Below, piece after piece: positions 1 to 13,700 of a DNA stretch of 64,000 bases; within the stretch, counting starts at the first letter, position 1, and each line of letters opens with the position of its first letter. The DNA is taken from NCBI GenBank assembly GCA_002633005.1, contig NMRA01000121.1, positions 102,106-166,105 on the forward strand, written 5' to 3'. The notes beneath the pieces are model-generated. The model made no database searches. It worked only from the letters and a program-made list of their open reading frames with translations, and had not been told where the DNA came from. Origin of the DNA: Phoronis australis. Taxonomy: Eukaryota > Animalia > Phoronida. The position numbers and the translations under genes were made by a program.

Positions 1-1018
1 CCGGGTATCAAAAACACTGACATTGTCCTGTTGCTTCGCTCCTTACATGTAAATTTTCGAATCTCAAAAAAAGAACTATTCTTTGCCGAACAAGTTTCAG
101 CATACTCACAAAATGTCGATTTCCATGCGGGCACATGGGGGGTGGGGCTCGAGGGGCTCCAACGAGCACCCTCATTTGGCGAAGTGGGCAAAACGGTCCG
201 CCTCAGAGAAGGGTTGGAATAAAATTTAACGGAAACGTACGCACCCAATTACGCCGGGTCTCTTTCCATTACCTAATAATAACGCGTAAAGCGAAATGGG
301 TTTACATTGCGCTGTTTGATAAAAACTATACAATTCCAACTACAACAATGAACTAAAAATTTCTGACCTTTTAATTTTGTTAAGAAACTTGACAAAAAAT
401 TCCACATGTCCCTATACCGACTGTGCCCTAAAATCGATAAAGCTAATATACAATTCTAACTAGTATAACAATGAAGTAAAAATTTCTTAACTTTTAATTT
501 TTTTAAAGAAGCCTGGAACGCGATAAATAGACTGAATTACAACATCGAAAGTGGTTCTCTGCCACTGGAACAGAATTCAAAATGCTCACAAAGTATTTTT
601 AGGGTTTGTTCGTAAAGATTTTAAACTTCTGCTCATATCAAACATTGTTTAGTTTCAACTTTCAAAATAAACGATCTGTCACTTGCTCGCCACTTCGTCA
701 ATTTGCTCGCACAAGGCAAACCACGTCTCCTTGTTTGGTATGACAAGACATAGACGAAGCACCTTTCCCTTATATGGAAAATGTGGCCTTTGACCTCAAG
801 CGACTTCAAGCATCTGACTGACCATATGCGCGCATTTATCGTAAGTGGGAGGGAGATTAGAAACTCTGTGCTAACCACAGAGTTTTTCCTTCGCGCCTAT
901 TTCAAAAATCGTGAATTTTGTGATTTTTCTTGGAAATTTCCTCCTAGGGGAAAGTTAATTACTCTGTAATAGACCTTGCAATATGGTCAAGAATTGTTTA
1001 AGACATTTTGACGAGGTT

Positions 1019-1158
1019 CATGGGCGGCGCAGCACTGAAGAAAGAGGGGGCTAAAGCCCCTTCACTCAGCCTCCTGTGGTGCATCGCCTATAGACCAAAT
1101 GTGCAGCGTAGCACTGGAAGAAGAGTGCCCCCTAGCCCCCTATGGTGCGCCGCCCATG
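1019..1158. mobile_element. Short TIR MITE-like element (CATGGGCGGCGCA...TGCGCCGCCCATG)
   Basis: 13-bp terminal inverted repeat; related sequence at ~54205-54307. No clear TSD. Confidence 0.5.
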
Positions 1159-1879
1159 TTTCGCGTCCCATGCCTTTTTAAGCTACTCATGACAAAAAAG
1201 ATTTCTACTTGTCCTTATTCCAAATGTGTCCTAAAAGGAAAAAAAACATATGGTTAATGTAGTACACCCAGGCTTATTGGTGCGTTTACGCGTCTTGAAA
1301 TAATTGTTATGCAGTATTCAAAATAGTTGACAACACCAAATATTCAGTAGTTTATCATTCATACTTATCTGTGGTTGAAGAGCTAAGCTGAGCAAGCAAC
1401 TGTAAAACGGCGCAACTAGTGTGTAATTGTAGAAGGTTGACCCAAAATCTTAGTGTGACAAGGATGTCAGGGGTATAGTAATTCCCATTACATTACATTA
1501 AGGTCAGAGTAAGTTTACGAGACTTGGCTCGTTTGATGAACAATTTGTCATGTGTATGAGACAAAAAATGGCCGAAGAAAAAAACGAGAGAGAAATATAA
1601 AGAAGTATATCAGCTTAGACGCTAAAGAAAAGGCCACTTGAAATATCTTAAAACAGGCAAACATGATTTGGAGATCCCATTTTACGACACCAGGAAAGAG
1701 AGAAATTTGGCAAATGGAAAAATTATTCTGTACGCTTTGAAAACCGAGTCATAACTCAGGTAACTAAGAGTATACAAAAGAGAAATGGAACGTCCACAAA
1801 ACCAGCTTCCTGGCTGACACAAATAAATCAAAATGGCTTTCTCTTGTTACTATATTTTGACCACCTTGGATTGCCCATA

Positions 1880-2579
1880 GAAAGGCGGATTTAGGGTGGG
1901 CCCCGGGGGCCCGCCGCCCCCCCCCCCCCNNNNNNNNNNNNNNNNNNNNNNNNNNNNNNNNNNNNNNNNNNNNNNNNNNNNNNNNNNNNNNNNNNNNNNN
2001 NNNNNNNNNNNNNNNNNNNNNNNNNNNNNNNNNNNNNNNNNNNNNNNNNNNNNNNNNNNNNNNNNNNNNNNNNNNNNNNNNNNNNNNNNNNNNNNNNNNN
2101 NNNNNNNNNNNNNNNNNNNNNNNNNNNNNNNNNNNNNNNNNNNNNNNNNNNNNNNNNNNNNNNNNNNNNNNNNNNNNNNNNNNNNNNNNNNNNNNNNNNN
2201 NNNNNNNNTCAAATTCGGAACACGGCGCATTCGTAACGGAACTATGGCAAAGTATAGGCTCTCCCGCGATATCCCAGGCGACCGGCAGTGGCGCTGCGCA
2301 CTACGACCCCGTTTCCGTCGTCTGCTCCACTGTGCTATGAAGAAAATTTACTTCATTTTTTAAAGAAAATGGGATCTGAGTGACTATGAAAAAACAGAAG
2401 CTGTTGGTAAGATGTGAATTTTAATCGAAGCCTTAGTGAATCACTCAGAAACTCATAATTTGCCCCCTCTCGACCTCCCCCCATTCGGTGCTATACGCAT
2501 CAACAATCGTGGTTGGCGCAAATGCTTATAGCCGGACAAAATGTTGGGCCCCGCTTGTGATATCCTAGATCCGCCACTG
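1880..2579. mobile_element. hAT-like MITE spanning an assembly gap
   Basis: Left end GGCGGATTTAGG..GGGCCCC; right end GGCCCC..CCTAGATCCGCCACTG, inverted relative to the left. TSD not resolved. Confidence 0.45.
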
Positions 2580-2857
2580 TTATATGCATCTTTTCACAAA
2601 ACTACACTCTACTAAATTGTACAACAGCAGCATAGATATAGAATCAGATATTTATGATGGTTTTAATATAACTTAAGATGAAAGACTGGTTAAGCCCCAG
2701 TCCCTTGCTTATCCGACTTTGATTAACATGCCCGAATCCCATAGCCATAGGTCACCAACCAGCATGTGAACCATGTAGCCACCGTGATGGTTGGCAACAA
2801 AAATATAATTCTGTACCAGACTACCACAGGAAATTTTCTAGACATCTGAGTTGACAA

Positions 2858-3220
2858 CCTGAGAAAAATTTTGAAAATTTTGAGGATACATTGGCCATAA
2901 AGGATAAGAAATGAAGAATTGTGGGAAAGAACAGGACATACACCAGTGTGGAAGAAGAGATCTGCTGAAGGAAATGGCGCTGGATTGGACATACACTAAG
3001 AAGACCAACAAGTAGCACTTCCAGACACGCATTAAAGTGGAACCCACAGGGTAATCGAAATAGAGGCAGACCACGAATGACCTGGAGAAAATGCATCACC
3101 GATGACATGGAGAGGTTAGGATACTCATGAAGACAGCTAGAAGGAATTGCCCAGGACACAACAAAATGGAAATCTCTTATTCGTGGCCTATACCCTGGTA
3201 GGGGTGACAGGCATTGATGA
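2858..3220 (+). mobile_element. 5'-truncated RTE-clade LINE, degenerate C-terminus
   Basis: Frameshifted translation ILRIHWP.RIRNEELWERT...WRWIGHTLR...ALKWNPQGNRNRGRPRMTW...W..LIRGLYP. (TGA)n tail; 11-bp TSD TGAGTTGACAA at 2847-2857 and 3221-3231. Confidence 0.85.
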
Positions 3221-4792
3221 TGAGTTGACAAGACAAACTGGTACCCCTAATACCCGATTACAATTTTTGTAACCAAAATGTAAATCAGGTTTATTCACAA
3301 CATAAGGGGTGTATAGTAGAAAAAAACTTACAAATGAGGAATAAAAGAAAATAAAATAAAATAAAATAAATAGACAAATGGGTGTCAATACAATCAATCA
3401 TGCTCTTCTAGACCAGCTGGAACACAACTCAACAGATACTAGTATATCTCAAAACTGCCATAAGTACAGCTCAACAGATAACACTAAACTGGCCAAATAT
3501 GAAGTAAGCATAGGCTGACATTTGATGATGACATCATGCAAGAAAGTTGTCTCCTCAGAATAAACAAATGGGATTTTTGAAATGGTATCCATACAGACCA
3601 ATCCAGTCTATACCAATGTTGTATTTTTCTAGAGCCCATTCAGATCCTTCCCAGAAAACCAATTCAAGCAAAGTCCAGGAAATAATGTGCATGAAAGGTC
3701 ACTTGTTTCTGTAATGGGTTGCTGGACTACAGTGAACATATGAAAAATTAATATTATTTCTAAAATCTTGGTTTATTCACAACACCATCTTGCCTTTTTA
3801 CATTTAGCCCGTCAACGTTTCGCTCATTTCTCCGTTCATCTTTAGGTATCATGAAAAGAATCCTACATTGATGTCCTCATCGGCCAACACCTCGATCGAT
3901 TTGTGTACAACAAAGTCTGCCGCAATGATCAAATACACCATGCTGATGTTATCATTCTCCAGATGATCAGACCTACCATAACCACAATCGGGGGGGTTCA
4001 AAACTATTTTAAATTTTCGTTTTGAAACATTTTAAATATCATATCTGAATATTTCGGGAAAAGTACATGGGGTAACGATTTTTGAATTTTGAAAATCGGA
4101 CAAGAAATGTGACTTTTAAAAGAACCTAAAACATTTGAACAATGTTGGCAGTATTCTGCTTCTCATTAATTCTGCTGTTTGTGCAACACAGTTGATCAAA
4201 TTACCAAACCAGCAGCCAGCAGTTAGATTTTGAGGTAAGCCAAAATTTTGTAAAAAATATTTAGTCATAAATTGCCTCCTCGATTACCTGAAACAAAAAA
4301 CATTGAACATTTGCAAGTTTTGAAAATGTGACGCTAGTGTGCATTCCTATTCCTATCTGTGGCTCCAAATTGTGTCATAATAGTGGCAGATAAATTCACT
4401 GAACACTGAACATCCGAATTAGCTCACTAGGGACACCAGCATGTCGGTGAAAACTTGTGAGTGTATCTCGAAATGTAGTACATTGCAAGTGTCAACTCCA
4501 ACCTTTTAGCACTAAGACTGTCTAGGATTAAGGGAAAACCAACACACTGCAACATGCAATTATGTTAGGAATACCAATGCAAATTACAGTAATTTAGCAC
4601 ATAATTCTACAAAAATACCATTTTCAATGATCCTAGAACCACCAAGTAGTCCTAATTCACGATTTCACACCGACTGTGTTGACCATAACCAGTCTCTATG
4701 TTCCCATCATGCACAACAACTGCATTCGTCTCATGTAGAATTACCAAGACCTGCACTACAGGGTGAACCAAACTGAAGTGACCAAAACGTGA

Positions 4793-7700
4793 TCAGTGGT
4801 AGCTCTTAGCAGTTGTTTTGGGTTGACGGACAAAGTCGGGGTTGAACTGCGAGTTGTACCGCCTCTGACGGTCATCCGTGACTGGCTCATCTCCGGGAAT
4901 TTTCTCTCCTCTTGCCTTCGCCAGGAGGCGCTCTGTTCGCTGTCGTTCATCTTGCTCACGTTTGAGGCGTTCGGCACGCAGTTCTTCAATAGATGGCGCA
5001 GGTCGTTCACCACTCTCCTTTGACCTGTGTTTATGTTTATGTTTCTTATGTTTACGATGTTTTTCCTAAAAAATATACATACACCTGATAAAAACAATAC
5101 TTTTAAAGTTATCTTCAGGAAGAATGTATTGCATTTGCTTAAATTGCAAAGATTATTTTGGACTGAACATTAAGAGCATTTGAGATAAACCACAAGGTTC
5201 TGCACTGGATAACGCAATCATTTTCATCATAAAACAGACATTGATTAGAGAACACTTAAAAGGGACCAGGGAATCAAGTAAGCGAGTCGTACTCACAAAC
5301 CATTTGGATGGATTTTACAGCAAAATTACCTTGTCATGAGTGTGTTCCTTTTTCCTTTTCTTGGTGAGATACTCGCTCATTTTGAGCATAGGGTCAATGT
5401 CATGCTTACGCTTGACATCAGTTTCAGTCCTGTAAGAGTTGGCAAACGTCCAGTCTCGAACTCGCTTTCACTGTCTAACAGTGCCAATATTTAGTGAACT
5501 GTAAATCTTTAAGTTCGTGCCATAGCCTCGATGGCGTTAATCAACTATGATCTATCGTGAAAATATCAAGGCATGTTACCATGGATCTCATCTTCACTTT
5601 GTAAGAATAGTTCACAACTTAATATTTCGGCAGCACATGATCAATAATTAGGATCAATTTGAAGCACAGACATATGCTGGTACTAGCAGTATACAGTAAC
5701 CGTATACAAAAGAAATTATTACTAAATAGTGTTGTTTTCATGTGAAAAGAATCCTAAGCTGGCATTTTCACTGGTCATGTTTGGGCAACATGACCAGTTT
5801 AGCTAATCTTAAAATCTGCAGAAATCAAAGAAACCATCCGACTTCCGTTCATGTTATCGATTCTCTGGAGATTAAGCTGGGTAATCAGGTGCAACATTGA
5901 CCATCATAAACATGGCTATAAACACAGGGGCGACATTTTTTAATTTTCACTTTGAAAGTTGACTTCTTAAATAGCAAATTTGAATAGTTAGTAACTGAGC
6001 TTAGGTTTTTGAATTTTGAAAATCAGGACACAAAGTGATTTTTTACTAGAAAGCTGTCCACAGTCAGTATCCTCTCCTTCATTGATTCAGCTAGAGGTGC
6101 ACATTAAAGGGCCAATTACCACGGGTCATAAACCAGCAATTAGAAAGTGAAGAAAACTAAGTGATCTACAATTCTAGGCATGAATATCACTAACCTGGCA
6201 TCAGGTGTGTCATCGTCATCGCCTTTATGTTTCCTGTTGGGTGGTTTAAAATACCAGGGCTTTTCAGCTGAAAAAGCCATGCAAAATGAAATAAACTGCA
6301 CTTTTCAAATGTTTGAAGCTCATGACAACTGAATTAAGTGCAAAGCATCGACATGTCTCAATTGTATAAGTACAGGTCAAAGATATTCCGAAATCGTATA
6401 ACTGAAGTTATGATGGAGAGCAGTTTGAGCACTGATTCAATTAAATGCCAATTAAATAGCTACCATCTGCTTGAAGAAGGCCTTCTACTCTTTACAATAA
6501 AACAAATAAAACAACATAGAAATGGTATTTTTATGCTTCTACTCTGAATGCTAAATAATTAGAAATTGGGAAACAATATTACTTTGACAGGTCCTATGAT
6601 AACCATTCTGGAGTTGTATGGATTAAATAATTTGAAAAACTCAAAATAAGAAAACCTGCAAAAATTGGCCATTGACATGCCATTCCTTATGGTAGTATAA
6701 AGCCCGTCTAGTGCAGTGCTACTCTACAACACTACACGCTGTACTCGAACACTACACACTGTACTCAAACACTATGCACTGTACTCAAACACTATGCACT
6801 ATACTCGAACACTATGCACTGTACTCGAACACAGTGCACTGTACTCGAACACCATGCACTATACTCAAATACTACGCACTGTTCTAGAACACTATGCACT
6901 ATACTCAAACACTATGCAGTGTAGTCAAACATTAAGTACTGTACTCAAATATGACACAATGTACTCTAACACAGTGCACTGTACTTGAACACTACGCACT
7001 GTACTCAAATAATAAGCAATATTCTAGAACAGTATGCACTGTATCCGAACACTTGCATTGTACTCAAACATTAAGTACTGTACTCAAACACTACACACTG
7101 TACTCTAACACTACCTACTGTACATTAACACTATGCACTGTACTCAAACACTACACACCATACTCAAACACTATGCACTGTACTCTAACACTATGTACTG
7201 TACTCGAACACTACACACAGTGAACACAAAACACTGTACTCGAACACTAAGTACTGTACTCAAATACTGTGAACTGTACTTGAACACTACGCATTTTACT
7301 CGAACACTATATACTGTACTTGAACACTATACACTGTATTTGAACAGTACGCAGTATTCACATACAGTTAGAAATCTTATAGAACAGAAAAAGTGTGTTC
7401 ACATATTAGTTACATTTCCCCCATTACTCAACATTTTTGCCCGTCCAACTAATCACTACATTGGTGGCCATTTTGTTAGAGTATGTTAGAAGCCCACCAG
7501 TCCAAACTTGAAGGCCAACTAATTTAAACCAGCAATTCAAACTTTAAAGATAAATTAAACCTAAAGGTCTCGAGTAAAAATTCGAAGACCAACAAAACAG
7601 TGGTTGCTTACTCTGGCACTCCACAGCGTTTTGTCCCAGGTACGTCAACAGTCCGATGCTCTTCTCGTATTTTTCCTTTTCTTGACGTTTCTCCTCTTCA

Positions 7701-10700
7701 TGCTCTTCGTTCTTTCCTGTTCTCATTTTCTACAACAGTCAGACGAAATTACTATAACTATAACTCATTTACATATCTCTCATTAACAAACTGAATTTCA
7801 TTAACGTTAATATGACTACAACCTACATTATACACTAATGTTGTGTAGGACATTATTGACAACACTGTGCATACATACAACAAAACTATGATAGAATTTA
7901 ATTCAGAAAAAGTATACATTTTTCTAGAATTTAATTTTTCATTATTAAATAAGCTCTCCCCATATAAAACTAGATTCTTAGGTGGGTAGACTAAGATCAG
8001 TAAGCAGTCCATTGTGGGGTTAGCTTCACTAGCCCAGTAAGCAGTCCATTGCGGGGTTAGTTTCACTAGCTCAGTAAGCAATCCATTGTGGGTTAGCTTC
8101 ACTAGCCCAGTAAGCAGTCCATTGTGGGGTTAGCTTCACTAGCCCAGTAAGCAGTCCATTGCAGGGTTAGCTTCACTAGCCCAGTAAGCAGTCCATTGCG
8201 GGGTTAGCTTCACTAGCCCAGTAAGCAGTCCATTGCGGGGTTAGTTTCACTAGCCCAGTAAGCAGTCCATTGTGGGGTTAGCTTCACTAGCCCAGTAAGC
8301 CTGTAGGTTATGGATCAACAAGCATAAAGAGGGAAGACTGGGACTACTCATCAAAGGAGCAGCATTTGCAACGCAAAAGTTTCTCTTTTATTCTGTCGTA
8401 GTTTACCTAGTTTTGTCATTCAGAGACTGAAAAAGCTCAACTTTTGATGGAAGATGCAGTTTCATAGACCATTGTGCCAAAAACGGCACGTACTGCGTGT
8501 AGTTTTTGTTAAAATTTAGGTATAATTATCGCTACTCCCTAGCATCCATGACACTGTTCCTTAATACTTAAATAAAGAAGTCGGCCATTTATTCTAGGAG
8601 CTGTGACAACTGACTACTCAAATACCAACCTGGAAGAAGCAATCAATGTTGACGGCTGGGAATGAGACGTAGTACCTCAAACTTGATTTTATACCAATAT
8701 GCTAATGATTTTGTCATGTGACCATGTCTTTTGAAACAAATAGCAAAAAAGGTCAATTTGTACCAAAAAACGGTATCACTAAAACATGACCAAATTTCAT
8801 TTGACATAACTGTTCCAACTGAAATCTCAATGCAGTTGCCATTTCCAATGTATCATTTCATTTCCGTCTTGTGCTATTTAAGTTTTTCACAAAAATCATT
8901 TGATATGCAAATGTGGGTCATTTCAAAAGCAATTCCATTGTATAAATGAAAACTTTCTCAGGTCTCCCATCAGCCATTTCCAGAATATGCCAGATAAGGA
9001 TATTGTTCTAAGGCCCTACATACCCTCTCAACAAACAACACACTACAGTAACGCTTCTCTGATAGCAATTGAACACAGAGAAAGAAGGCCTACCCAACAC
9101 CTCAAAATAAAACAGATCATGGGAATCTTACACTGGGAACTTGATAAGAAACACTCAGACTATGCTCTCTACAGCCACTCCCCTAGCAACAAGTTAAAAG
9201 AGCTACGAACACACCTCCACTTAAGCGTTCTAGTTGGCACATGTTATCACATGACTACCTTATACAATAAATTAAACATCTCAAAATGAATGACAGCGGA
9301 TGATTATACCACATCTTTAGGACATTTAAACCATTAATTTGATAGGCTTTTTGTGGCATCAGCAAGATTTTAGACATCTGTAACACAATTAACACAGGCC
9401 CATGATTTTTGCAAACATTTTTAAGGTCTGGTCAGCATATCACCTGTTGACCACATCGTGTCACCTAATGAATATGAAATGATTTCTGCCCCAACCGAGA
9501 CTCAAAGCCCGGACCCTCTACTAATATTTTCAGACTTATATTCGTTAGGTCACGAGATGTGGCCAATAGGTGGCATGCTGATTAGACTTACAAATGTTTG
9601 CAATCTACATTTTCCATGCCATTTTAAGATTTACAATATTTTCATGTCAGTGATATTTACAGATTTTGGTCCCATGAAAACCATGTAACAGCAATTGGGA
9701 GAAACTGATCAACCGTGAAGTAAAGAAGATCTGGAGTAAAGTCAAAATTGACTCACATCAGATTCATATTCAGAGAAGAAGTTTATATGGTGACTGGTTC
9801 CTGATTCGACAACTGGCAGTTTATCCTCATGTATCTGACTGTCGTTGCGACCTCGGTCCTTTGCTCTCTTCCGTAACAAAGCAGTCCGCGCTTCTTGCTC
9901 CTGAGAAGAAAAATTGATAATTTTTTTCCCACAAATACTTAGTAAATGACATTTTTAAACAGTCAGGTACAATAAATCTGTGGTGTTTGTCAAAAACAGA
10001 CTTTTGATCTTTGCCACTTTCCGTTACATGAACAGTCTCATCTTGTTCCACAATCCAACCACAATGATTTCTAAGATGTAGAAGAACTGACAGGCCATTA
10101 TAGTTTTAAACTAGGCCCATGCACAGCAGGTTAGATTCAGGCTCCGATGAGGGCAAGAAGAATGTCTTGGAAATTCCAGACTATTTAATAGAATCATTCC
10201 CGTGAGAAATCGCCCGAAATAAACCTTTAGTTTTTCAGACAAACTTATACTAGGAAAATTGTTGCATAAGGACACAAATTTGGTGGTGTTCTTAGTACAA
10301 TCAAATTTCACACGATTAATCCTAAGGATGCAGTTAGGCCACGCCCACCACAGTTACCTGACTGCAATGTCCCACAAGCACAAAACANAAAACATATCCA
10401 AAGCACACTGAAATGGTACTACAGCAACATATTCTTTTCTGAAGTGTGCCTGATGATATTTCATTGAAAGTAATTAGTATAGAACCACATAACCATAAAG
10501 GCCAGTGCTGGAAATAAATTATTACACGTGGTGACTTTTCAATTCCTTCATTAACAGACAGTAAAAACCAATTGTTTATTTGTCATGGTGAGGAAAGTTT
10601 TGACACCATTATGTCCAAGTTACTCAGCTTAACTCATGACTTTTCGTAGACTGCAATATAGAAAAATTGTCACTAACACATGTCGCATTAAACAAGCCAA

Positions 10701-13700
10701 CACAATAATCTCATATGTCGCCATTGAAAATGACTCGGCTAACGCTCATGGTTCAACCCAGATAAAAACTCTCGATGCACCAGTTTAGAATAGATCCATA
10801 CCCTTCTGTTTATGTCTAAATCACTATTTCATCAAGGATAGTAACATACTCACAGCTAGCGCTACACGTCTCTGTCTCTCCTTTTCTTCTTCAGAAGCTT
10901 TTGCCTCATCGCGACGGACGCGCTCAATGTTATCTTTATTGCGAACATGCCAACTGAAAGTAGAGAACGTATTAGCTACGAAAGAAAATCTTATTAAGCC
11001 TTACTGTATTTAAATCACAGAGTGTACTTAGCTACTTTCCCAGTTGCCAAAACAATGCACTGGGCGATAAAAGTTCACTGGCTGGTCGCCCAGGACGTGA
11101 GCAAATTTTCACGGCCGTTAGCCTTAGCAAGTCACAATCTCGGCATGACAAGTTATCACAACTTATCTGCGATAGGGGCATCTTGATTTTTGTGGATGTT
11201 GCCATATCATATCCAACTTTTGCATAGAAATGGACACATTAGGAGACCGTTGATGTTTTTAACTCTTACCAGCTCAAACAAATACTATAATCACAGTCAA
11301 TAAAATTGCTGCTACTAGGGCACTTGATTCTAAACTTTCACTGTGTGGACTTCCAACCCTAATACTTTTAAAGCCTGTTAGGGACTTTAAGGGTTGGTAT
11401 CCAACTAGGGGAGATAAGGCTTCAGATGTTTATAAAATACCAGTATGAGGGAGGTACACACAGCTTTTATTTGGATTTGACACAGTTGAAGTTCTGAACC
11501 TATGCTAAGCAAAGTTTTAGAGTCCAACGTTTGTTTCTTGTATGGGCGGCATAGTATGGGTCATCGGGAAATTCGTCGGCTTTTGGAGTGTGATCAGGGC
11601 CCGGAATCTAATCGAAACGGACTTGAAATTATTTTTGGTAATTTCTCTGCTACTTTTGTGCGAACTCAAGGTGATTATTAGACTGTGCTCAAATACATTG
11701 TAGTTTACGTTTCTACTCCAAGTTTGCACTTGACACTTATATTCGGGCCATGAACTCGACTTCAAACTCGATATTTTAGCCTTAATGTTGGTATCAACTG
11801 CAAACTAGGACTAAAAAATTATACACGTAAGTCATTTTGTACTCGAGCATAGAGAAAGACAATTATCTTGAGTTTGCAGAAAACTAGAGTTAGAAAATGC
11901 CAAACATAATTTTGAGCTTCATTTCGAGTTTAAGAAGATTAAAACCCGAGCCCTGAACTCAAAAGTCTGAACTGTCTGGACTCTGAAGAGGGTGCTGCAT
12001 CAAATCACAGGCATCCTCAGCTTCTGATCGTCCCCAATACACTACTATATATAGTACAACAAGGTATGACACTCCTGACCAGAAATTCCACGGGTGCTTC
12101 ACTTCAGTTGTCCATGTCAAACACAAAACTCAATAAATTTACACAAAACAAGGTTTCAACAAACCAATTAACAATTTTTCTTTCTTCTAATACCATTCAC
12201 GGTGTCCTGCAGCTCCAGCGAGATCGCAACAAATTCGGGGTCAAAGCACAAAAATGTTCCCAAAAAGCCCACGCATCAGTCCTCCTTTGACGGTTTGAGG
12301 TGAAGAGGTCAAGGAACGGCACAGTAATTACCAATTTGTCACGGAAGGTTACGAAATCGTCTGGCTTTATAAGTACAGAAAATTTGAAAACGCGGAAATA
12401 GAAGTTGGTTTCGTCAGTGCCCATTTTTATATATATTATCATAGTCTAGACAAAGTCAGTGATAATTACATAAACAATGTCTCCGCAACTCACAGGCATC
12501 AAGTCAGGGATTGGTGGCACTGAACAGTTAGGCTGCAGCCACGGGGCATTTTCTAGTCACTAGAATTTATGTGCAAGGCGTACGTCAGGTTTGGCTGGTT
12601 GTTCGAGGAATTTGTTGAAAACAAATGCCAGGAAACTGATTTACTTGTGTTTTTGAATGAGAAAATCCAAGATTTTTAGCCGTGACCTACTTTTGATGCA
12701 AAACGGTAGCTTCCGTGTGCTTTCAACCCCTGTCGCCTGCTGTCCGAGAAACCGGCTGCGATTTCAGGTCGCTGTCAGACAGATCAAAATTGCCAAAAAA
12801 GTAGCAGGTAAGGAGCATACTACAACCACAATTTTAGAAGCTAGAGAGTGCGAGCATTCTGAATCTGTAGTCGGATTTTTCCTAGCACTTGCAGGGAAGT
12901 GGCAATTCTGCGGAGAAATTTTCAAATTTGATGTTCTTTGTTAATATTTTTGTGTGAAGGGATTTTTTGCCGATGCGAATTAACCTGTTACAAATCTGTG
13001 GCATAAGTAAGTTTCTGTTGTCACGAGTAATGCTTGTGAGTTGGGAATGCTACAAAACCCTTTGTTTTTTTCATATACTCGATAAGCACGTGAGGAAAGG
13101 GCTCATCTATACTTCTTGGACTGCCACAAGCCTGTTGTAACTGTAGTGTGCCCCCATTTGTTTACGGAAGCAGTTTTTCTCCTGGTGGCTAGGAGTGGAG
13201 TTATCCATGTAGTGACACTCCGGCAGAAGTGAAGCACCCGTGGAATTCCTTGTCCAGAATGTCATATCTTGTACAGAAGCTGAGGACGCCTTAGGCAATG
13301 ACCATCGCCTCTGTTGGCCCGAAGCAGAGGCGATGTAGAGGCTATAGGCGCTCTGTACGCCGGAAGCTTTTCGGCGAATTATGCCTCGCACCGACTAAAC
13401 CATCAAAGTCACGTTGTTACAAATACCTTTTGCGCATAGAGGAACACCTCAGGAGGTTGTCGATGTGTTTAATTCCTTCCAACTCGAACAAATACTCCCG
13501 TTATGAAACTTTTTCTTCGAGCAGTCCCTATTTCAGTTCCCAAAATCGTGAACTCAACTTTTTCATTTTTTTAACCAGGCCGAAGGTCAGAAGTTGCGGA
13601 CCTACCGGCGAACTTTGAAAGCTGAAGTTCCCGCCCTTCGCGTACGTGCTGCCGGGAACCAGCCGTGCATTTGCCGTGTTGTTAAACATTAAAATGTCAA

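Noticed and set aside
1850-2363. ORFs spanning N runs (also 59206-59685)
   Set aside because: Artefacts of assembly gaps.
6716-7489. Overlapping His/Thr/Tyr-rich ORFs
   Set aside because: Translation of a 20-bp minisatellite.
7998-8300. 37-bp repeat of CRISPR-like length
   Set aside because: No spacers, no cas genes, and an intronic eukaryotic context.
12006-12030. CACAG terminus suggesting Transib/ProtoRAG RSS
   Set aside because: The heptamer is CACAGGC, there is no nonamer, the TSD is 8 bp rather than 5 bp, and there is no RAG-like coding sequence.
13276-13300. Hammerhead-like CTGANGA cores (also at 60749 and 61506)
   Set aside because: No stem II followed by GAAA in the required position.
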